DNA of 5,372 nucleotides from a virus (IMGVR_UViG_2778261418_000009:1-5372); one strand, 5' to 3'; shown: positions 1 through 5,238, numbered from the stretch's first letter. Numbers and translations are program-made. The notes: generated by a model from the sequence alone, not told the origin.

Positions 1-268
1 CATTGGCAAAGGCTGCACGCAACCCGGCCTTAATTTCCTCTACCTCATCAGCACCTGGCGATGAATCTGACAGTGCGCGATGGAATGCGTAAGCCATGTC
101 GTCGTTGATTTCTACAGGCACACTATCAGCCTTGCGGCGCTCCTGTAGCTCGCGCAGAGCCGCTACAACATAATGGCTATTGTGCTGGTCAGCCCACAGA
201 ATGAGCCGAATCAACGTTGCATTTGAAACGTATTCGTCTGTTAGTTTGCTATTGGTAAAAGTCGTCAT
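1..268 (-). CDS. Hypothetical phage protein, 5' portion only (start at 268, continues past the left edge)
   Basis: ATG at 266..268 (- strand) overlaps the HNH stop as ATGA. Upstream SD-like GAAGGGG. Frame stays open to position 1 (about 89 codons, MTTFTNSKLTDEYVSNATLIRLILWADQHNSHYVVAALRELQERRKA...). No motif recognised. Not in the ORF track because no stop lies inside the window. Confidence 0.45.
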   Translation of the reverse strand, partial: MTTFTNSKLTDEYVSNATLIRLILWADQHNSHYVVAALRELQERRKADSVPVEINDDMAYAFHRALSDSSPGADEVEEIKAGLRAAFAN

Positions 269-630
269 GCCGTAGCCCCTTCTTGATATTTTTCAAACCA
301 GAACACAACCGGGTCAGATTTCATTTCAACCAACCCCATACGAACCAGCGCTTTGCCTTTCCCGGACGCAAGGAATTCACGACGACCATCACTGATAATT
401 CGCCGATAATCTTCCAGGCTACTGCAATGCTTATGCAGATTGCATGGGTGGCATGCCGGAACCATGTTGGATATATCGTCACGTTCCTGGTGAAGCATAT
501 TTCCATCAAAACGAATGACCGGTTTTACATGGTCTGCATGCCACTTTTCGCCAAGTTCGCAGCCGCAATAAGCGCAGCGACCACCAAACTTCATGCGCAG
601 TTCTGCACGTTGTTTTTTCGTCAGTGCCAT
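265..630 (-). CDS. HNH endonuclease (121 aa)
   Basis: Within track ORF 265..720, but the start is placed at the internal ATG 628..630 because it is preceded by SD AAGGAAGG at about 5 nt spacing and sits 1 nt after the upstream gene's stop. Translation contains a classical HNH metal-finger layout: CAYCG ... HADHVKP ... N ... ACHPCNLHK. Confidence 0.8.
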   Translation of the reverse strand: MALTKKQRAELRMKFGGRCAYCGCELGEKWHADHVKPVIRFDGNMLHQERDDISNMVPACHPCNLHKHCSSLEDYRRIISDGRREFLASGKGKALVRMGLVEMKSDPVVFWFEKYQEGATA

Positions 631-631
631 A

Positions 632-850
632 TCAGCCTTCCTTATATGGATTAATTTTATTGTGTAGTGCGTTGAACGACGCCCATACCACGTCGTTATA
701 CAATTCAATAACTGGCTCAATTATTTTCCCGATTGCCCAGATAAAAATTAGCGGGGATATCGGTATCATCAACACGATAAACAGAATGAGAAACATGATT
801 TCTATTGTTCTGCTTCTTCGCGGGTATTCTTTTCTGAATAATGTAGGCAC
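632..850 (-). CDS. Small membrane protein (72 aa, one predicted transmembrane helix)
   Basis: Track ORF 632..850. GTG start preceded by SD AAAGGAGAG. Basic N-terminus (RKEYPRRSR) followed by a hydrophobic stretch IMFLILFIVLMIPISPLIFIWAIG. Stop TGA at 632..634 lies 1 nt before the HNH ATG. Confidence 0.45.
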   Translation of the reverse strand: MPTLFRKEYPRRSRTIEIMFLILFIVLMIPISPLIFIWAIGKIIEPVIELYNDVVWASFNALHNKINPYKEG

Positions 851-851
851 A

Positions 852-1040
852 TCACTCTCCTTTAGTGCGCAAGTGGCTTTTCCAGCGGTTTTGCGCCGCG
901 CTGGGCTTTTTGCAACAGCTGTGACCCATCACCCCGCAACACCCCGTCAACCTCACTCGTCTGTTACTAATCCTCAACCATCGCCAGACCCCAACACCGT
1001 TTCTGCGAGCTAACAGAATCTTTGCTTTACGGTTTTTCAT
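852..1040 (-). CDS. Small highly basic Cys-rich protein (62 aa)
   Basis: Track ORF 852..1040. ATG at 1038..1040 preceded by SD AGGAGAG. By my count 17 Lys/Arg and 1 acidic residue. Motif CC-x6-CC (GCCGVMGHSCCKK). Its stop is embedded in the RBS of the next gene. Comparable in size and charge to small nin-region proteins of lambdoid phages (analogy only). Confidence 0.4.
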   Translation of the reverse strand: MKNRKAKILLARRNGVGVWRWLRISNRRVRLTGCCGVMGHSCCKKPSAAQNRWKSHLRTKGE

Positions 1041-1207
1041 CGTTTTGCTCTCCTGCGTTTCTTTGCTGCACGTCGCGCCGCTGCAATACCGGTATGGCGC
1101 TTTGGTGCCGGGATAATATTGTCAGCCATCATGACATGTGGAATAACTGTTAATGACGACGCCCCAAACCGCACCAGATACGGCAATAAACAATTTTCCA
1201 TCCGCAT
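1037..1207 (-). CDS. Small protein with a poly-basic C-terminal tail (56 aa); below the track length cutoff
   Basis: Hand translation of the - strand: ATG at 1205..1207 preceded by GAGGTGA; product MRMENCLLPYLVRFGASSLTVIPHVMMADNIIPAPKRHTGIAAARRAAKKRRRAKR; stop TGA at 1037..1039 overlaps the ATG of the 62-aa gene (ATGA). Could still be spurious. Confidence 0.3.
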   Translation of the reverse strand: MRMENCLLPYLVRFGASSLTVIPHVMMADNIIPAPKRHTGIAAARRAAKKRRRAKR

Positions 1208-1283
1208 TTCTCACCTCAATTGATCTGAATATCAGTAATTGTTTGTTGCAACCATTCTTTAGTTAGTTCTGCCATTTTTATTA

Positions 1284-1335
1284 CCGCCCTTTCGGGCGGC
1301 CTCCGGATGATTTGAGGGTGCAGGAATCCCTCCGG
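1284..1335 (-). other. Structured intergenic element: GC hairpin with a GAAA tetraloop on the transcribed (-) strand, plus a second weaker hairpin
   Basis: 1284..1299 is ccgccc-tttc-gggcgg on +, which is CCGCCC-GAAA-GGGCGG on the - strand (6-bp GC stem, GNRA-type loop). 1314..1332 is gaggg-N9-ccctc. ctccgg occurs twice (1301..1306, 1330..1335). No U-tract follows on either strand. Lies in the roughly 200-bp gap between two - strand gene blocks. Confidence 0.3.
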
Positions 1336-1404
1336 TTAAGGATTTAATAAAAACCACTTCTGATTTAAATTTTCAGTGTTTTGTTGCCAGGTGATTTATC
1401 GCCT

Positions 1405-1716
1405 TTACGCTTCAGCCTTATTTCGCAACCAGACACAAACCGGGCCATCTTCGGTGTCATGTATTGAACCAATAAACCATCCATCGCCCTCTGGTCGTTC
1501 CGGTTTCCAGGAGGCAATATCGGGACCATCTGCGTCCAGATTAAAATCATCTTCATCCATAGTTCTGATGGTCCACTGAAGATTATTTTCCTCCATCCAT
1601 GCGTTAAACTCTTCCGTTGAAATATGTTCTCTACCATCACAGAATTTTTCATATTCAGGATGCGTCCAGCAGCCATATTCATCACGTACTACTGGTATTT
1701 CTTTAATTTCATTCAT
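1405..1716 (-). CDS. Strongly acidic, Trp-rich small protein (103 aa), function unknown
   Basis: Track ORF 1405..1716. ATG preceded by GGGAG and overlapping the upstream gene's end by 8 nt. By my count 26 Asp/Glu against 9 Lys/Arg, and 6 Trp. The overlapping alternative-frame ORF 1365..1685 lacks these signals. Confidence 0.6.
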   Translation of the reverse strand: MNEIKEIPVVRDEYGCWTHPEYEKFCDGREHISTEEFNAWMEENNLQWTIRTMDEDDFNLDADGPDIASWKPERPEGDGWFIGSIHDTEDGPVCVWLRNKAEA

Positions 1717-1963
1717 TTCTATTCTCCCACGTTTTCAGACTTTCACCACAGAACGGACAAAATGAAACCCGCACTGGTGATTTAGAAAATTCACCGGAAC
1801 GCAACATCACCAAATCAGGGCCGCGAGTTAAACTCTCATTCCAGATTTTGTATATCAGCAGACCTTTTCGCGTCGTGTATTCAGCATCATGCTCAAGGGC
1901 TTTTGCCAGTGCCGCACATGGTTCTATCTGATTGCCATTAACCTGGCATTTTGATTCACTCAC
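1709..1963 (-). CDS. Small protein with four Cys (84 aa), possible zinc-ribbon; function unknown
   Basis: Track ORF 1709..1963. GTG start preceded by GGAGGAGG and overlapping the upstream stop (GTGA). Cys at positions 6, 16, 69 and 72 (C-x9-C ... CPFC). Confidence 0.5.
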   Translation of the reverse strand: MSESKCQVNGNQIEPCAALAKALEHDAEYTTRKGLLIYKIWNESLTRGPDLVMLRSGEFSKSPVRVSFCPFCGESLKTWENRNE

Positions 1964-2382
1964 CGCACCTCCTCCTCAAAATTCCCCTGATAAAACGCCA
2001 GTACGTGCTGCATAGCTTCACTCTTCCGGCACTCGCGACAGATTATGTTTAGGCGCCTGTCGTAGCGGCGTATTTCGCCGTCTGGTAACGACCAGATAAG
2101 GTCCGGATCAACTACTGCAGGTTTCTTCACCTTTGTCCTTGAGAGTTTTTTGCGGGCATTTTGCCAGTCCTTACGAGCCTGTTCAGACGGGAATAACCCG
2201 TAACCAGAGTTGTATACATCGCCACTGGCAACCAGCTCTCTGGCAAGAACGCTCATCAGATATCTTGTCGCACCTGTCTTGGCTTCCAGTTGCCGTAACG
2301 TCTCGCGCCCACTCTGGCGTACGAATTCAACAACCTGCCCTTTAATTTTTTCCCGCTCTTCTTGTGTAAAAACTTTTGCCAC
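1960..2382 (-). CDS. Hypothetical early-region protein (140 aa) with a possible HTH-like N-terminal segment
   Basis: Track ORF 1960..2382. GTG start at 2380..2382 preceded by GGAGGA. Segment ETLRQLEAKTGATRYLMSVLARELV looks helix-turn-helix-like by eye (inference only). CxxC (CRECR) near the C-terminus. Sits directly downstream of the initiator gene. Confidence 0.55.
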   Translation of the reverse strand: MAKVFTQEEREKIKGQVVEFVRQSGRETLRQLEAKTGATRYLMSVLARELVASGDVYNSGYGLFPSEQARKDWQNARKKLSRTKVKKPAVVDPDLIWSLPDGEIRRYDRRLNIICRECRKSEAMQHVLAFYQGNFEEEVR

Positions 2383-2422
2383 AAGTCCTCCTGAAAATTA
2401 CCTCATGACCAGAAATCAACAC

Positions 2423-3493
2423 TTACCCCCTGAAGCCCGGTGGAATTTCGGTATCCGGTTCAGAAATATGATTCACACAACGCTGGTTGTTCGTGCCGCT
2501 TACCGGGAGCAACCAGGGGTTCTCAAAATTCCGGTCCGGTCCAAAAAACGTCGTCGCTCGCTGAACAAATTCCGTTCCCGTTTTCCCGGTAGCCGCCAGG
2601 TATCTTGCGTAACGCCTCACGCCATCCAGCATGGCCTCTGGTGGCACCCCCTCGCGTAATCTGGCCTTCCAGGCACTGAAAGCGGATTTCTTCGGATTTG
2701 CCCCGGCACGCAACGGGTACTCCCGCCAGACCTGTTCGAACACATCCGGATAATCCACTCGTCTCACAGGCTGCCCGGTGTTTTCCGGGACTACCCGATC
2801 GGCTTCCCGCTGAATGGAGGAATCGGCTTCAGGCTGCTGCAGTTGGTGTGATTGCTCCGGCCTTGCGGTCATCACCTGCTGCACAGCGCCCGAATCGGCT
2901 TTCAGCGCATACGCTGAATCGGCTTCCGGTGTCGTGCCTGCTGGCTGACCAGGATTGACGGTCTGAACATCCCCTGCCTGGTTCGTGGCGTTTTTTACGC
3001 CATGGACCATAGTGTTTTGATCTTCTTGATCTGTATCTTTATCTGTATCTTTATCTGTCGTGACTCGTCGTGACATGTGCGTGACATTTCGTGACGCGCC
3101 GTGACAATCTCCATTTTGTTCCCGCTTTCTTTCCCTCTCTCGCTGCGCCCTCTTGCGCTCTGCCGGAGATTTTGCGGTTTGCGAAATATTGCCGTTGTCC
3201 TCTTTCAGCACCTGGCGTTTTTCCCATCCAGTGATTAAATCACCATCAAGTACCCGCCCCTGCATCGTCTGCAAAATTGAATCAATTACCTCTTCTGTCA
3301 CGTCGAGCGCACTTGCCAAATCTTCTGTCGTGACATCAATGTGACCTCGCGTGACATTTCGTGACGCGCTCACCAATAGGTGGATATACACTGCCATCAC
3401 TGTTGCAATTGGCTGCCCTGACACCCTGGCAATTGTTCGCCACTTAGGGTCATTTGGCATGTCATGCCATAATCTGAGCCAGGCGTTAGCCAT
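2423..3493 (-). CDS. Phage replication initiation protein (O-like; replisome-organizer-type N-terminus, conserved phage C-terminal domain), carrying internal iteron arrays
   Basis: Track ORF 2423..3499. Start preferred at ATG 3491..3493 (MANAWLRLWHDMPNDPKW...), preceded by AGAGGTGA; a GTG two codons upstream is the alternative. The N-terminal W-x-R-L-x3-M-x-N-D-P-K-W pattern resembles phage replisome-organizer N-domains (from memory, not searched). Charged low-complexity linker (ERKRAQRERERKREQ, TDKDTDKDTD). Direct repeats typical of an ori lie inside the gene. Confidence 0.7.
   Translation of the reverse strand: MANAWLRLWHDMPNDPKWRTIARVSGQPIATVMAVYIHLLVSASRNVTRGHIDVTTEDLASALDVTEEVIDSILQTMQGRVLDGDLITGWEKRQVLKEDNGNISQTAKSPAERKRAQRERERKREQNGDCHGASRNVTHMSRRVTTDKDTDKDTDQEDQNTMVHGVKNATNQAGDVQTVNPGQPAGTTPEADSAYALKADSGAVQQVMTARPEQSHQLQQPEADSSIQREADRVVPENTGQPVRRVDYPDVFEQVWREYPLRAGANPKKSAFSAWKARLREGVPPEAMLDGVRRYARYLAATGKTGTEFVQRATTFFGPDRNFENPWLLPVSGTNNQRCVNHISEPDTEIPPGFRG
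3029..3058. repeat. Five tandem copies of a 6-bp unit ATCTKT (A/T-rich), adjacent to iteron array 1
   Basis: atctgt atcttt atctgt atcttt atctgt read directly from the sequence. Encodes TDKDTDKDTD on the - strand. Two GATC sites lie just upstream (3019..3022, 3028..3031). Confidence 0.8.
3059..3105. repeat. Iteron-like array 1: five direct CGTGAC repeats at 10-11 bp phasing (candidate origin of replication)
   Basis: CGTGAC at 3059, 3069, 3080, 3090 and 3100 (start positions), read directly. One-helical-turn phasing inside the initiator gene matches the lambda arrangement of ori within O (established knowledge for lambda; inference here). Confidence 0.6.
3329..3365. repeat. Iteron-like array 2: four (C/T)GTGAC repeats at 10-11 bp phasing, including a 21-bp exact copy of part of array 1
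   Basis: Repeats start at 3329, 3340, 3350 and 3360. gcgtgacatttcgtgacgcgc is identical at 3079..3099 and 3349..3369. An inverted copy GTCACG lies at 3297..3302. Confidence 0.55.
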
Positions 3494-3564
3494 ACTCACC
3501 TCTTTTGATACCGAATCTTTTTACTCACAAATTGCCGGAAGTGATCTGGTATGAATATCGCGAG

Positions 3565-3990
3565 TCAATGCACAGCCACAATATTTCCTGCAGGGCCACC
3601 ACGATTCATCTGGTTGAAACCAGCGATCGCCACTGCGACAAAATCATCAGCGTCTCTCACCAGTCGTTCCCGCGTCTCCACTAGTTCCCGAAAATAGGCT
3701 GAGCTATGGCTGCGCATTCGGGCCACCAGCAGAGGCGGCATTGCTTTTTCGATAGCTGGTAACAACGCCTGAATTTTTTTAACCGCATCAGGGGTGTCTT
3801 TCTCCACCCAGCGGAAAATTTTCTGAGTATTGCGAGCCAGGGCTTCCGGATGGCTGTCGTCATACAGTTCCGGGAACGTCATTCCCAGCTCGAAATACGC
3901 TTTGGTAATTTTCGCAGCCGGTACTTTTTCGCCGTCCGGATGCGCCCAGGCATTCATCGCCATGCGGATATGTTCATGCTTGATTTTCAT
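3565..3990 (-). CDS. ydaT: YdaT-like protein (functional analogue of CII in Rac/CP-933P-type prophages), 141 aa
   Basis: Within track ORF 3565..4062. Start placed at the internal ATG 3988..3990 (MKIKHEHIRMAMNAW...) because of the strong SD AAGGGGGG about 5 nt upstream. It overlaps the end of the cro-like gene by 17 nt. Assignment rests on position (directly after cro) and on my recollection of the YdaT N-terminus; not verified by search. Confidence 0.6.
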   Translation of the reverse strand: MKIKHEHIRMAMNAWAHPDGEKVPAAKITKAYFELGMTFPELYDDSHPEALARNTQKIFRWVEKDTPDAVKKIQALLPAIEKAMPPLLVARMRSHSSAYFRELVETRERLVRDADDFVAVAIAGFNQMNRGGPAGNIVAVH

Positions 3991-4216
3991 GAATCCCCCC
4001 TTGGTTAGAAGGCGGATTATGATCAGAACCGGGAATGACAACCGTCGGTATGTGTAACTCATATTTGAGCGCCCCGGCAGTGACTGCCTGAATTAGCAAC
4101 GCCCATTTCCACGGAACCTCTTCCCCCCACATGCTGACTGTGGTTTTTGACGTTCCTAGAGCTGCGGCTGTTTTAACAACTCCGCCAAAATAGCCTAATA
4201 CTTCTGATTTTTTCAT
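3974..4216 (-). CDS. cro: Cro/YdaS-like HTH transcriptional regulator (80 aa)
   Basis: Within track ORF 3974..4264. Start placed at ATG 4214..4216 (MKKSEVLGYFGGVVKTAAALGTSKTTVSMWG...) with SD GGAG at about 7 nt; an ATG four codons upstream (4226..4228) has no SD. HTH signature GGVVKTAAALGTSKTTVSMW. Divergent from the cI-like gene across the operator region. Confidence 0.7.
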   Translation of the reverse strand: MKKSEVLGYFGGVVKTAAALGTSKTTVSMWGEEVPWKWALLIQAVTAGALKYELHIPTVVIPGSDHNPPSNQGGIHENQA

Positions 4217-4307
4217 GAGTCGCTCCATAAAACTGAACGCCAAAAGTTTAATAATCAAAACCAAAGAAAGTCAAGAAACAAAACCATCTGTGTTTTAAAA
4301 TCAAAAC
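4217..4307. promoter_or_regulatory. Divergent immunity control region (PR-like and PRM-like promoters with operator half-sites)
   Basis: A/T-rich 91-bp spacer between the divergent cro and cI starts. Repeated GTTTT/AAAAC half-sites form imperfect 16-18 bp palindromes (for example tGTTTTaaaatcAAAACa at 4291..4308 and GTTTaataatcAAAAC at 4246..4261), and aatcaaaac occurs twice (4253..4261, 4299..4307). - strand -35 TTGACT (complement of 4269..4274) with a weak -10 near 4248..4253. + strand -10 TAAAAT at 4295..4300, only 7 nt before the cI ATG, with no SD, which suggests a leaderless cI mRNA as in lambda PRM. Confidence 0.5.
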
Positions 4308-4946
4308 ATGAGCAAGCAAACAATATCTGAACGCATAACCCAACGTATGCATGCGCTAAACCTGAAAGGCAAAGACCTTGTCAATGCCACTGGCGCATCA
4401 AAAGGCTCCGTAAGTCAATGGATGAACGGTGGAGGAGCGCCGTCCTCGCGTTACATAAGTTCACTGGCAAAAATATTGAAAGTAAACGAAAATTGGCTTC
4501 TTAATGGAGGAGAGTTAAATACAGGTGATTCGCTTGATCTATCTTTACCGCCGATAAAAACGGTTCCGCTACTATCACTTCAGCAGGCAGCAAGCTGGAG
4601 TGATTATATGAAAAATTCCTCAATAACCTCTTGTGTGCAGCTTGTCGGAGAAATCCCGGCCAATACCTTTGCAGTTGTTCTAGAGAGTGACAGTATGTCA
4701 ACATCTGGTGGGGGAGTTTCCATCCCAAATGGTTCAACAGTTTTTGTTGATCCCGATCGAACCGTACAACCAGGAAATATTGTCCTTGCCTTACCCAAAG
4801 GGACCACAACACCTGTCATTCGTAAACTGGAGATAGAAGGGCCGGATATTCTTTTAGTCCCCACGAATCCTCGCTACCCTTCAATTATGCTGGATGATCT
4901 ATCTTGCATATTGGGCGTATGCTTTAAAATTCAACAAGATATTTAA
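4308..4946 (+). CDS. cI: cI-like prophage repressor (N-terminal HTH_XRE, C-terminal S24 LexA-type peptidase), 212 aa
   Basis: Track ORF 4308..4946. HTH segment LKGKDLVNATGASKGSVSQWMNG. C-terminal domain has the Ser nucleophile context ESDSMS and the downstream Lys in VIRKLEIEG, as in LexA and lambda cI. No SD before the ATG. Confidence 0.88.
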   Translation: MSKQTISERITQRMHALNLKGKDLVNATGASKGSVSQWMNGGGAPSSRYISSLAKILKVNENWLLNGGELNTGDSLDLSLPPIKTVPLLSLQQAASWSDYMKNSSITSCVQLVGEIPANTFAVVLESDSMSTSGGGVSIPNGSTVFVDPDRTVQPGNIVLALPKGTTTPVIRKLEIEGPDILLVPTNPRYPSIMLDDLSCILGVCFKIQQDI

Positions 4947-4974
4947 CCGACCTCATCTATTTGATTAACTGTAT

Positions 4975-4991
4975 GCCATCGTGGTGATGGC
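4975..4991 (+). other. Perfect 6-bp-arm palindrome gccatc-gtggt-gatggc downstream of cI (possible weak terminator or protein-binding site)
   Basis: Read directly; lies 29 nt after the cI stop. No clear U-tract follows, so intrinsic-terminator function is uncertain. Confidence 0.25.
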
Positions 4992-5030
4992 TTAACAGCT
5001 GCCTGCTTAAAATGTTTTGATAAAAAAACA

Positions 5031-5059
5031 TTGACCTGAAAAGTTCATTTTTCTAAACT
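5031..5059 (+). promoter_or_regulatory. Candidate sigma70 promoter for the gene downstream of cI
   Basis: TTGACC (5031..5036), 17-nt spacer, TAAACT (5054..5059); an A/T-rich UP-like tract aaaatgttttgataaaaaaaca lies immediately upstream. Confidence 0.4.
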
Positions 5060-5238
5060 TCATTCATTCCCTCTCCCCACCCCACAGAATGCAGGGCAAT
5101 ACTTCGAGTTACCAGGCAGTGGTCAGGGGTTAAGTAGCCAGCCCGAGGCGTAAGAACATGACGGCAGGGTTCAACTTTAATAACTATGCAGCAGGTTTTT
5201 GTTCCGCTACCCCGGCGTTAAGGGGAAATGAGGTCAGC

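Noticed and set aside
321-509. - strand 62-aa ORF nested in the HNH gene in another frame
   Set aside because: Nested alternative frame; the HNH frame carries the catalytic motif.
624-1013. + strand 129-aa ORF, and the overlapping + ORF 283..654
   Set aside because: Antisense to the RBS-supported, translationally coupled - strand genes. Product is low-complexity (Pro/Ser/Thr-rich tail) with no SD or promoter context. Treated as spurious.
1284-1299. Calling the GC hairpin a canonical Rho-independent terminator
   Set aside because: No U-rich tract follows the stem on either strand; kept only as a structured element of uncertain role.
1365-1685. - strand 106-aa ORF overlapping the 103-aa gene in another frame, and + ORF 1376..1579
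   Set aside because: No RBS and no coupling to neighbours. The 103-aa frame has both and a coherent acidic composition.
2751-3385. DnaA-box-like nonamers (taatccact near 2751..2759, ggtggatat near 3377..3385)
   Set aside because: Each is only a 7 of 9 match to TTATCCACA, which is expected by chance in this length; not enough to claim host DnaA involvement.
2133-3554. + strand ORFs 2133..2345, 2210..2659, 2698..2958, 3153..3344 and 3351..3554
   Set aside because: All are antisense to the 140-aa and initiator genes, lack start signals and look like shadow ORFs of the - strand coding sequence.
3681-4057. - ORF 3681..3863 and + ORF 3830..4057 inside the ydaT-like gene
   Set aside because: Alternative-frame or antisense ORFs nested in a better-supported gene; no independent signals.
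3565-4062. Using the full-length track starts (165 aa for 3565..4062, 96 aa for 3974..4264, 151 aa for 265..720)
   Set aside because: In each case an internal ATG has a much better SD and a sensible junction with the neighbouring gene. The longer N-terminal extensions are hydrophobic or odd and would create long gene overlaps.
3565-4216. Reading the cro-like/ydaT-like pair as a YdaS/YdaT toxin-antitoxin module
   Set aside because: As I recall the literature, this pair in Rac/CP-933P-type prophages acts as Cro- and CII-equivalents rather than as a TA system. Position next to the repressor and upstream of the initiator fits a regulatory role.
4501-4864. - strand ORFs 4501..4812 and 4604..4864 inside the cI-like gene
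   Set aside because: Antisense to a clearly recognisable repressor coding sequence.
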